The position numbers were made by a program, and so were the translations under genes. A model generated the notes under the pieces. The model was not told the origin of the DNA. It did no database searches and saw only the letters and a program-made list of their open reading frames with translations. This document shows, one piece after another, positions 1-8,797 of a stretch of DNA of 42,626 nucleotides. The stretch's first letter is position 1. The number at the start of each line of letters is the position of its first letter. The stretch is from an uncultured Thermococci archaeon (GTDB lineage: Archaea > CAYQAE01 > CAYVLA01), in the NCBI GenBank assembly GCA_964549615.1, contig CAZJVP010000044.1, positions 1 to 42,626 on the forward strand, read 5' to 3'.

Positions 1-1600
1 TTATCAGCACATCCAAGCTTGCTCGCTGGCCGGGTTCCAGCTTCTGCTCGTAGGGATGGCACTGAACCCAACACCCATCCATCCCATAGTTTGGATCGTC
101 CCAGGCCATGAGCTTCCCGTACTCCTTGAACCGCCGCGCTAGGTTCCGACGCATGAACCCCAGCTGGGCCGGGGTGAAGTCGAAACCCTTCTCGATGTGG
201 CTATTGAAAACGAGATCCGGCTTCAGCCGCCCGATGAGGTCCAAGCAGAGGTCAAAGCCGACGCCCTTCCCGAGGAAGTTGCGATTCCAGGCGCAGTAGT
301 CGTCCATCCCCCCGGGGGTGAAGGAATCCCCTGAGAAAAACAGCCGCAGCCCTCGCCCCTCAACGACGAGGCCACCGTGGTACAGGGTCTGGCCCGGGAG
401 GTGATAGGCCGTCATCGTGAACTCATGCCATCGCCAGCTCTCGCCGTCGGCCGTCTTCCTGTCGACCGGAACCTCGGTTGGCGAGGCGCATGCAAGCCGC
501 CATGCAAGAGGGTTCTCAATGATCTCCGCCACGCGCGCGTCCGCCACCACAGGACATCCGAACTCCCGCTTGAACTGGGCAGCTGCATCCACGTGGTCAT
601 CGTGATAGTGGCTAATCCAGAGGGCCTCCACGCGCCTGACGATTCCCATTGAGATCAGGTCCCGGATCCATTCCACAACCGCAGGCGAGCCGCAGTCCAT
701 GACGAATGCTCCCCTGTCGTTTGACAGAAGCATCCAAGTCGTGCCGAAGTGCGATAGGAATTCGGGCACGGCCCTGCAGTCCCTGATGGGCATCACGTTT
801 GGACCGCTCAGATGATGGGGAAACAGGCTCGGAAAGTAGAACCGCAATGCGGATGAAGACGCGTACAGGTCAAAACACCGCTCAAGCCGCCTTACCGCAA
901 GATCGATCGCGCGGTCCGGCTTCCCTGCAATCCACCCGTGGGATGGCACCAAGAGTGACGGCCTTGCATTCTTTATCTTCTCCAGGCTCGCCACCAGTTC
1001 ATGCCTGGCACCCATGAACCCATGGTAGTCGGTCGTGGTCGTCCCCTTCTGAAGGCTGTATATCTCCCATACCTTGCCCGGGCTGTGGATAAGGTCCCCG
1101 CAGAAGACCACTTTTCCCCCGTCGATTTCCACGACGTAGCTGACGCTCCCGTTGGTGTGGCCCGGGGTATTCAGAACCGAGATGCTCGCCGGGCCCCAAT
1201 CGAGCCTATCCCCCTCGCGCAGCGCCCGGTCAACGTGCAACGACTGCACGGGCACTAGGTGATAAGGATGGTAGTTATACACGTGCCACCGGTTCTCCGG
1301 CCTTTCCCAGTAGCTCGCCGCATCCTCAAAGAGGGTCCTCTCATTCTCGGGGACTAGCAACTTGCAGCCTCTTTCAACGAGGTGAGCACCGCACGCCTGA
1401 TCTCGATGATGATGGGTGAACAGGATCATCTGCAGATCCTCGATCCCGAGCCTCAAGCAATCGTCCATCACCTCACCCGGCCCGAAATCGATGAGGAGGG
1501 CTGAGGGACCATCTTGGATTATGCCAACGTTGATCGGGCCCCTGTGCACCGATAGGTGCTGCGATAATCGGGTCAACGACCCGGCGGCTTGAGTCCTCAT
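1..1600 (-). CDS. Tandem (double-domain) metallo-beta-lactamase-fold hydrolase, 3' end outside window
   Basis: Not in the ORF track because it runs off the window. Manual translation from ATG 1600 gives MRTQAAGSLTRLSQHLSVHRGPINVGIIQDGPSALLIDFG...ILFTHHHRDQACG. A second MBL motif in the same frame, LWISHYHDDHV, lies near 590-622. TATA box directly upstream. Confidence 0.85.
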   Translation of the reverse strand, partial: MRTQAAGSLTRLSQHLSVHRGPINVGIIQDGPSALLIDFGPGEVMDDCLRLGIEDLQMILFTHHHRDQACGAHLVERGCKLLVPENERTLFEDAASYWERPENRWHVYNYHPYHLVPVQSLHVDRALREGDRLDWGPASISVLNTPGHTNGSVSYVVEIDGGKVVFCGDLIHSPGKVWEIYSLQKGTTTTDYHGFMGARHELVASLEKIKNARPSLLVPSHGWIAGKPDRAIDLAVRRLERCFDLYASSSALRFYFPSLFPHHLSGPNVMPIRDCRAVPEFLSHFGTTWMLLSNDRGAFVMDCGSPAVVEWIRDLISMGIVRRVEALWISHYHDDHVDAAAQFKREFGCPVVADARVAEIIENPLAWRLACASPTEVPVDRKTADGESWRWHEFTMTAYHLPGQTLYHGGLVVEGRGLRLFFSGDSFTPGGMDDYCAWNRNFLGKGVGFDLCLDLIGRLKPDLVFNSHIEKGFDFTPAQLGFMRRNLARRFKEYGKLMAWDDPNYGMDGCWVQCHPYEQKLEPGQRASLDVLI

Positions 1601-1622
1601 CGAAGCCCCGCAGGCAAGCCTC

Positions 1623-1630
1623 CTATAAAA
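1623..1630 (-). promoter_or_regulatory. Archaeal TATA box (TTTTATAG) for the MBL gene, probably a leaderless transcript
   Basis: Reverse complement of CTATAAAA lies 23-30 nt upstream of ATG 1600, with no obvious SD. Confidence 0.6.
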
Positions 1631-1948
1631 TGTCAAGCGCCGCGCAAGGTCCTCGCCTTTCGCAAGGCCTGCTTTTCTTCTTGCGCGGCAACTTCAATTG
1701 CCCCGCTTGATGCCGCATGCTAAGCGATGCAGGCGCGTCACAAAGGCTATTACGACCTTGGAGCATCGCGACACGAAGCCACCGGCCGAGCCTGAGGGCG
1801 ATTGAGGACTCCGTTAGCCGGGTAGGTGAGGACTTGCTCAAAGCCGGGTCCGCGCTGATCCGGTTTGTCGATGACCCATCCAAGCAAGCGCTTCCTTACA
1901 TGGCCAAGCGGGCCGTAATCAGCTGCTGGGCCCGTTCCTTGCGCACGG

Positions 1949-3955
1949 TCAACCCGTCGCCGGAGGCGGCGTCATGAGCCATGCAAGGTTGAACGAATAG
2001 TGCTGGCGGCTGCTGATGAGATGGATGATGTTCCCACTCCCCTGACACACCGCAAGATAGCCCCTCGGCTCCGCCGTGCTGGCGCTCATGGTGAAGTGCA
2101 CCCCGTCCGTTGTCTCGACCTCCTTGCCCGGCCCATCGTCGCTGATCAGCCTCCTATAGGGCCAGGTCCTCCCCTCATCTAGGGAGAGGGCGCCGAAAAG
2201 CCCTGACACGGGCCGCTCCCGGCCTGACGCGTCCACGATCATCATTTCCTGGGCAAAGGACGCAAAGAAGATGGGGCCTTCCTTGAGGCGACGGAGCACC
2301 AGCCTCTGGCCCCCGCCGATCGGTTGGAACGGGCTTGGCCTGTACTCCCAGGTCCTGCCCATATCGGAGGAAAAGCTCATCGGCATCATGCCGTCGATCT
2401 CGTCGCCTCGCCCCATCGCCATCAGTCGGCCATCCCTCAGTTGGACTATGCCGGCGTGTATTCCAGCCGCCCTCCCCCCGGCATCAAACCACGTCTTGCC
2501 GCCGTCCTTGCTGATGAGGATCGCCGTGCCCCCCTCATCTCCGGTGACCGCATCGCACGGCAGCACGATGTAGCCCTCTTGCGTCCGGAACACCGACTCA
2601 ACGGGCATGTGCCCAGGGCCGTGCTCCGGCTCTATCAGCCTCGCCCTCGACCAGGTGGCGCCGCTGTCCTTGGAAGTCCTCACCACCAAAGCCATGTTGC
2701 CCCAAGTTGCCGCGGCCGAGAGCCCCACGAAATGGTAGATCGTTTTCCTGCCGTCAAACCAAAGTGCCGGCGCATGGTCGTTGCGGTCCGGCGCATCCCA
2801 GAACGGCGATGCCGGATCCCACTCCTCATGTCCGTAACGCAGACGGCTCGCCAAGAGGCAGAGCTCCCTGCCCGATTCCTCGACGCACGAGTACCAGACT
2901 GCCAGCAGGTCGCCGTTTGGACAAGCAACTATCGCCGGGTCGTGATTGTGGTGGGAGAACATCGGGCCATTTGAGCCCGGCGGGATCTTGACGTACCTCC
3001 GCGGGCCCTGGAAGCACGGCTTCGCCGGGTCATAACCCTGCGGCGGCCCTACGCGCTTGCGCTGCCTCACCCGGCGCTGATGCAGCTCCGGTTTCGGGCG
3101 TGGAAGAGGTCTGGTCATGGGAACTCTGCCCATCACCACTCTGAACCCGATGAGCCAGCTCTTGTCTTCGGGCAAGGTTCCCATCCTGTTTTCGGACCTG
3201 AGGTAGTACAGCTCGACGGAGTGGCTGCCGCCGCGGGTGACCTTGAAATCCCCGTCCGCGCGCCCGACGGGGTCCCTTTGGCTATCCGCAACGTAGGGGC
3301 CGTACCAGTCCTGACACCACTCCTCGACGTTTCCGTGCATATCGAACAGCCCCCACGGGTTGGGCGGCGTCCGTCCCACCGTCAGGTCGACCGGCTCATC
3401 GCGACCCCTCCGCGGATCCGGAAACCAGCTGACCCTCGCATTCTTGTGGAACTGTCTTGGCAGGACATCGCCCGTGTGATAGTGGCTCGCGGTGCCCGCG
3501 CGGCATGCGTACTCCCACTCGGCCTCGGTGGGAAGCCGGTAAGGCAGGCCTTCGCGCCTGGAGAGCCAACGGCAGTATGCCACCGCGTCATTCCAGTCGA
3601 CGAAGACGACCGCTTCGTCATCGTTACTTGAGAACCCTAGCTTGCCCCGCAGCCTGCGGTGGGAAGGGTCGAATGCCTCATACTCCGCGTTGGTGACTTC
3701 GAAGGCCCCCATGTAGAATGAGCGGGTTATCGTCACCCTGTGGGCAGGATGTTCATCGAAATCCCCCATGGCGCGGTGCGGCAGACGGGCGACCTCGGCC
3801 GGGATGGGAGGACCTGAGAACCCCATGAGGAACGATCCCGGCTCAATCCTCACAAGCTTCATTCCGAGCGAGTTGACGTATTCCTCTTCCTCTGGCAATT
3901 TGCCTTTCATCGCGATCGCCATGGAGATCCGATAGAGAGCTCTTGCCCCATGCAT
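1949..3955 (-). CDS. FGE-sulfatase (SUMF1-like) domain fused to a BNR/Asp-box sialidase-like beta-propeller
   Basis: N-half: GSFLMG, DEHPAHRV, YRLPTEAEWEYACRAG, PNPWGLFDMHGNVEEWCQD, RGGS, IGFRVV. C-half: Asp-boxes SKDSGATW, SKDGGKTW, SSDMGRTW, SLDEGRTW. The start could be 3955 (TGATG overlap with the upstream stop) or about 3910. Confidence 0.85.
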   Translation of the reverse strand: MHGARALYRISMAIAMKGKLPEEEEYVNSLGMKLVRIEPGSFLMGFSGPPIPAEVARLPHRAMGDFDEHPAHRVTITRSFYMGAFEVTNAEYEAFDPSHRRLRGKLGFSSNDDEAVVFVDWNDAVAYCRWLSRREGLPYRLPTEAEWEYACRAGTASHYHTGDVLPRQFHKNARVSWFPDPRRGRDEPVDLTVGRTPPNPWGLFDMHGNVEEWCQDWYGPYVADSQRDPVGRADGDFKVTRGGSHSVELYYLRSENRMGTLPEDKSWLIGFRVVMGRVPMTRPLPRPKPELHQRRVRQRKRVGPPQGYDPAKPCFQGPRRYVKIPPGSNGPMFSHHNHDPAIVACPNGDLLAVWYSCVEESGRELCLLASRLRYGHEEWDPASPFWDAPDRNDHAPALWFDGRKTIYHFVGLSAAATWGNMALVVRTSKDSGATWSRARLIEPEHGPGHMPVESVFRTQEGYIVLPCDAVTGDEGGTAILISKDGGKTWFDAGGRAAGIHAGIVQLRDGRLMAMGRGDEIDGMMPMSFSSDMGRTWEYRPSPFQPIGGGQRLVLRRLKEGPIFFASFAQEMMIVDASGRERPVSGLFGALSLDEGRTWPYRRLISDDGPGKEVETTDGVHFTMSASTAEPRGYLAVCQGSGNIIHLISSRQHYSFNLAWLMTPPPATG

Positions 3956-5544
3956 CAGCTCTCTAGAATCCTGCCCGCTTCATCCGCGTAGGCATCCATG
4001 ACATAAGGTATGCCGGATACCTCCTCGGCCTCCCTAGTGAGCGCCATGAGGTCCTTCCTCGACACGGTTGAGAGCCTGAAGTTCCGGGTCCCGGCCATCA
4101 GCTGCTGGAGGCCCACCTTGAACTTCTGACAGTAGGTGTATATGCCAATTGCCCCCAGCGGTATCTTGTCCGCGTCCTTGCCGTACTTCTCCCTTATCTC
4201 CTCGTAGCAGACGAATATCTCCTCGGCCCGCGTGCCGTACTTGGCGACGGTCTTCGGAAGCTTTCCCTCCTTGAGCCAGATGCTTATGTTCCTTCCCACC
4301 ATGCCCGGGATCATGAGCGCCCTTCCCATGCAGACGCACTTGAAGTATGGGCTGCCCATGGCCAAGGCCTTGAACACCCCGTCCTCGGTCGAGAAACCCC
4401 CGGCGATGGCAAGGTCCGGCACCCTCATGCCCCTTTCCCTCAGCCTTTCGCAAAACCGGTATGCGAGGGATTGCAGGTAGAATGTCGGTATGCCCCACTC
4501 GTTCATCATCGGCCAAGGGCTCATCCCTGTGCCTCCGGGCGCGCCGTCGATCGTGATCAAATCCAACTTCGCCTCTGCACCGTACCGAAGAGCCATCGCC
4601 AGCTCAACCGGCGAGTAGGCTCCGGTCTTTAGCGTGATTCTCTTGAACCCCAAACCGCGAAGCCGATCCACTTCGGCCAGAAAAGCCTCCTTTTCCACGA
4701 AGCCCACTCTGGAATGGCGCTCGAACTCGCGGACTGCCCCTCTGCTGAATGCCTGACGGGTCGATTCCAGGGTGGGATCGGGCTCCATTATGTAGCCGCG
4801 CTTCTTCAGCTCAAGGGCCTTCTCCAGGCTATTGACCCTAATTTCCCCGCCTATGCACTTTGCGCCCTGTCCCCATTTCAGTTCTATCGTGCTCAGGTTG
4901 TGTTTGGAGGACACATACTCTGCAACCCCGAACCTCGTGTCCTCAACGTTCATCTGAACCAAGATCTCTCCGTAATCCCCGTGGAACCTTTCATAGGTCT
5001 CTATGCGCCGATCCATCTCCGGCGACTTCTTGACCTTTCCATGGCTGTCAAGTTGTAGCTGCGGATCCACCCCGCACACGTTCTCCCCGCACACCAGGGT
5101 TATGCCGGATATCGCTGCTCCGATCGCAAAGTGTTCCCAGTTGATGAAGGCGATGTCGGTTGAGCCCAGGGCCCCGGTGAATATGGGGAGCGTCATTTTG
5201 ACCTTGCTGTGCCAGCCGTACTCGGTCTCCGTATTCACCTTCGAAAACAGCGCAGTGTCGGGGCCGGGCTGGACGCCGTCGGGCAATCCCTTGGCGCCTG
5301 TCGCGTATCCCTGTATGTTCAGGTGCGAGTAGTCCACGGGGTAGTTCTTGTCGGCGCCGACCGTCACTTGGCCGAAGGGCCCCGCATAGAGAACTTCACG
5401 TCCTCTGAATGAGGCTAGCCAGGTCTCGCAGCCTCCGGGGCACCCGTCCACGCACCTGGTGCAGAGCCCAGACATGGGTACGACGTTCCTTGACCGGTTG
5501 AAGGTCCCGGTCGCCTCGTTCGCGTTTGGTTGCCTAAGATTCAA
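3955..5544 (-). CDS. FMN-binding glutamate synthase family protein (stand-alone GltB domain-2 type)
   Basis: Motifs IELKWGQGAKCIGGEI, ITLKTG, ITIDGAPGGTGMSP, IAGG, KALAMG, MGRA, and N-terminal CTRCVDGCPGGC. Start reassigned to TTG 5544 (MNLRQPNANEAT), preceded by SD GGAAGGTGG. Confidence 0.88.
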   Translation of the reverse strand: MNLRQPNANEATGTFNRSRNVVPMSGLCTRCVDGCPGGCETWLASFRGREVLYAGPFGQVTVGADKNYPVDYSHLNIQGYATGAKGLPDGVQPGPDTALFSKVNTETEYGWHSKVKMTLPIFTGALGSTDIAFINWEHFAIGAAISGITLVCGENVCGVDPQLQLDSHGKVKKSPEMDRRIETYERFHGDYGEILVQMNVEDTRFGVAEYVSSKHNLSTIELKWGQGAKCIGGEIRVNSLEKALELKKRGYIMEPDPTLESTRQAFSRGAVREFERHSRVGFVEKEAFLAEVDRLRGLGFKRITLKTGAYSPVELAMALRYGAEAKLDLITIDGAPGGTGMSPWPMMNEWGIPTFYLQSLAYRFCERLRERGMRVPDLAIAGGFSTEDGVFKALAMGSPYFKCVCMGRALMIPGMVGRNISIWLKEGKLPKTVAKYGTRAEEIFVCYEEIREKYGKDADKIPLGAIGIYTYCQKFKVGLQQLMAGTRNFRLSTVSRKDLMALTREAEEVSGIPYVMDAYADEAGRILES

Positions 5545-5755
5545 GATGACCCACCTTCCATCGTTTTCGGCTGGTTTCCAGGCCATGGCCGCTTGGAGCC
5601 GACGCTCAGCAGACCCGAGCCGGGGCAGAACAGTTGAGCCGGCCAGAAGATAAGAAGTGATCATACGGGGAAGCCGTAGCGATACGAAGAGTACGTACCC
5701 AAGCACCGCGGCCATTTTTCTTCGCCTGCTGCGCCGGGATGTCGGGCGAGGCTGG

Positions 5756-6718
5756 TTGAAAGCCGTTCAGCTCTTGGCGCCTAGGCGCATGGACATCGTG
5801 AACGTCCCCGAGCCCACAAGGGCCCGCGGGCAGATCCTCGTCCGGATGGAACACGTCTCGGTGTGCGGCAGCGACCTTCACAGGTATAGGGGAAGGCCGC
5901 CCTGCGATCCCTTCCCCATGGCGCCAGGAAAACCGGCGCACGAGTGCCTCGGCAGGGTGGTGAGATCTGACGGAGCGGGAGGATTTCGCGAGGGCGAGAT
6001 CGTGCTCGTGCGGCCGCCGCTCGCCGACGGACTCAAGGAACTCGTCGCCGTGGGCCCCACCGACCTTCACCCCACGGAAGGCTTCAGGCTAAGCCCTGAG
6101 GAAGCCCTGATGGGCCAGTTGCTTGCCCCGGTGGTTCACTGCTGCAAGAGGCTTGGGCCGGTCCGGGGAAAAAGCGTGTTCATCATCGGCCAGGGCCCAG
6201 CCGGGCTCATGCTCACCAACATGATGAAGCTAGGTGGGGCAAAGCTCATCGTCACCTCGGATCCCGTGGCCGACAGGCTGAGGGAATCCCTCAGGCGGGG
6301 TGCTAGCCACGTCATGGAACCTTCGCCGGGGATCCTGGCTCAAGCCGCGGAGCTGACGGGCTCAAGGATGTTCGACATCGTCATCGAAGCCGTGGGCGAA
6401 GATGAGACGATCTCCCTGGCGCCACGCCTGGCCAAGGATCGCGGATTGGTCATGTTCTTCGGGCTTCCCGGGCTAACGGCCCAGCTCGCGCTCCGCGAGT
6501 TCTTCTCGAAGCAACTTCGGATCACGACCACGGAGTTTCCCGACAGGAGCGATTTCAATCGGGCCCTCGCGATGATATCGAACCGCGAGATCGAGGTAGC
6601 CAGCATGATCACGCACCGATTCCCGTTTCACAGGGCGCCGGAGGCTTTCCGCCTTGCAGACGAGCGCAGTGACGGGATCCTGAGGGCGGTCCTGACCTTC
6701 GAACCCTCAGAAAAGTAA
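5756..6718 (+). CDS. Zinc-dependent medium-chain alcohol/sugar dehydrogenase (threonine/sorbitol DH-like)
   Basis: Catalytic-Zn region VCGSDLH...AHE, Rossmann GQGPAG, DIVIEAVG, MITHRFPF. Start reassigned to TTG 5756 (MKAVQLLAP). Lacks the four-Cys structural-Zn lobe. Confidence 0.88.
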   Translation: MKAVQLLAPRRMDIVNVPEPTRARGQILVRMEHVSVCGSDLHRYRGRPPCDPFPMAPGKPAHECLGRVVRSDGAGGFREGEIVLVRPPLADGLKELVAVGPTDLHPTEGFRLSPEEALMGQLLAPVVHCCKRLGPVRGKSVFIIGQGPAGLMLTNMMKLGGAKLIVTSDPVADRLRESLRRGASHVMEPSPGILAQAAELTGSRMFDIVIEAVGEDETISLAPRLAKDRGLVMFFGLPGLTAQLALREFFSKQLRITTTEFPDRSDFNRALAMISNREIEVASMITHRFPFHRAPEAFRLADERSDGILRAVLTFEPSEK

Positions 6719-6719
6719 C

Positions 6720-7940
6720 CTACGGGTGGCGGCGCCGAGGGCGGAGCAGCGCTTCCTGATAATACCGCAAGGCCTCCTTGAAGGTCGTCAACGGCCTTCC
6801 CTGCGCATCGCCGACCGACGCGATCCTGTCGCGTCTGGAATCCAAGACCGGACGCACCCATGCCTCCGAGTATCGGGTCGCCCTGTAGATGTGTCTGCCC
6901 TGATTCACGGGGCCCTGTCCAAGGAAGGGTGACCAGTAGTCCCAGACGATCCTACCCCTACACGTCACCTCGAAGATCCGCCCCGCGTCGGACTCGCAGA
7001 TCAGGGTATTCCCGTTGGGTAGCCTCTGGACGCCCGACCTGAACGGGGAGTAGAAGTTGGCCCCGTCCTCGTAGGTCCAGACGACCTCGCCGCTTGCGGG
7101 GTCCATCTCGACGACGGCCGAGCGCCCCCTGAAGGTTCCATTGTCAAAAATCAGGATCTTGCCATCTGGGACCATGGTCGGTTGGTGTTGGCCGTCCAGG
7201 AGGCCCAGACCCCATGCCCAGACGACCCTGTCTAGCTTGCGATCGATGACCCCTATGATGTCGAGCGCCCTCATGCTGAAGAGGAGGTTCCCAGCTCTGA
7301 ACCGAGCGTCATCTTGGCCCAAGGGTGAGTCCGGAAGGACCTCTATGGTGTTGGTGTGAGCCCAGTCTGCAGGCCCAACCTCGGTCTCGCTCCCGTCAGC
7401 ATCCCTGCGGACGTATCGCACCGGCCATGGCAGCCCGGCAAGTTCCCTAAGCTCCGAGACATGGTCCCCGAAGGAGAAGTCCCAAAGCACGCGCCCCGAG
7501 CGGTCGATCTCCACGACGTGGTCGGTGCGCATGTGATCGGGCTCCAGCCCGCGAGCGTAGAATCCAGGGATGACAGATTCGTTCCTTGCAGTTAACAGGA
7601 TGGTATTGCCGTTGGGAAGCCTCTGGAAGTCGTGATGGTATTCCCCCTTCCAACTCCAGACCTCCTTTCCATCCGGGCTGAGCTCCTTTAGCCCGGAGCC
7701 GTAGTCGTCGACCAGAAGGTTTCCATCGAAAAGCAGCTCCGCGAGCTGCGAGTGGTTGACCGGCCAGGTGTGGACAACCATCCCCATCATGTCGATCAGG
7801 TACTCCGTGTACCCGAAGGCCGGGCTGAAAAGCGTGAATCCACGCCACGCCCTGCGCCTGTCGAAACGCCTTACCCCGAGCCTCCCTGGCGCGATGCGGT
7901 CCGACGGGAAACCTGTATAGATGATCCCATCCTGGTACAT
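6720..7940 (-). CDS. Arylsulfotransferase (ASST) family beta-propeller protein
   Basis: His motifs YHHDFQRLPNGN, WAHTNTI, GQHQP, plus ILIFDNG, VQRLPNGNTLICES, IYRATRY. No signal peptide seen. Confidence 0.8.
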   Translation of the reverse strand: MYQDGIIYTGFPSDRIAPGRLGVRRFDRRRAWRGFTLFSPAFGYTEYLIDMMGMVVHTWPVNHSQLAELLFDGNLLVDDYGSGLKELSPDGKEVWSWKGEYHHDFQRLPNGNTILLTARNESVIPGFYARGLEPDHMRTDHVVEIDRSGRVLWDFSFGDHVSELRELAGLPWPVRYVRRDADGSETEVGPADWAHTNTIEVLPDSPLGQDDARFRAGNLLFSMRALDIIGVIDRKLDRVVWAWGLGLLDGQHQPTMVPDGKILIFDNGTFRGRSAVVEMDPASGEVVWTYEDGANFYSPFRSGVQRLPNGNTLICESDAGRIFEVTCRGRIVWDYWSPFLGQGPVNQGRHIYRATRYSEAWVRPVLDSRRDRIASVGDAQGRPLTTFKEALRYYQEALLRPRRRHP

Positions 7941-8159
7941 TCATGACTCCGCCGAAACCGACGTGACCCGGCATGCCTTAATATTGGTCTTCGACCCCCA
8001 ATCCCTGATGGATGGGACTGAGGCCACCTTGCTATTCTTGGTCCTCGAACCCGGTCCCGGTCCCCGCGCAATGCGACGCGGAAGTTCCTGGCCCATCCTG
8101 ACGTGCGGCCACCAAAACCGCACATTCCGAAAACCGCTGTCGGCAACGCTGACCGAAAG

Positions 8160-8633
8160 CTATGCGGTGGACGTCCGTGGCTTCTGGGCCTCGGCGACTC
8201 GCTTGGCCCAGCCTGCCGCCCTCTCCAACTCTCCTTCCCTCAGCGGGCCCTTCTTGCCCTCCACGATGAAGCCCTCCGGCCCGGCCAAAAGGTTGGCTCC
8301 CCTTTCCTTGAGGCTTTTCGCCATACGCTCGCCTGCGTAGCCAAAGATCTTGGCAAGCCCCACCTTCATCCTCGTGTCGAAAGTGGCCACGCCGATTCGC
8401 CCAAGGACATCCGCGGGGATGCTATTGACGAAACCCCGTACAGCTTCCGTCGGCCGGCCGGCGTGGACCGGTGAACCGATGAAGAGAAGGTCGATCGATC
8501 TCACCTCCGAGACGTCCGCCTCAGCTGCGCGAACCACTTTGGCTTCCCCAAGTGGGGCAATGCCCTCAGCGACGGCCCGGGCGACTTTCTCGGTGTTCCC
8601 ATACACGGAATCGTAGACCACCAGAGCTCTCAT
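8160..8633 (-). CDS. Flavodoxin family protein
   Basis: VVYDSVYGNTEKVA, GSPVH, ATFDTR, GPLREGELERAAGWA. Purine-rich SD upstream. Confidence 0.92.
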   Translation of the reverse strand: MRALVVYDSVYGNTEKVARAVAEGIAPLGEAKVVRAAEADVSEVRSIDLLFIGSPVHAGRPTEAVRGFVNSIPADVLGRIGVATFDTRMKVGLAKIFGYAGERMAKSLKERGANLLAGPEGFIVEGKKGPLREGELERAAGWAKRVAEAQKPRTSTA

Positions 8634-8797
8634 CCAACCTGCCTCCTCTCCATCCTAATCCACCGCGCAGCACATGAAACCTGCCTCTCTTAAGGGCTTT
8701 CGTCCTGGGGAGCCAGGTTGTGTCAGAAATGACCGCATTCATTCTTAAGCGCGCGACCGATCCTGGGAAACACGGCTTCCAAGGTGGGGAGCAGACC

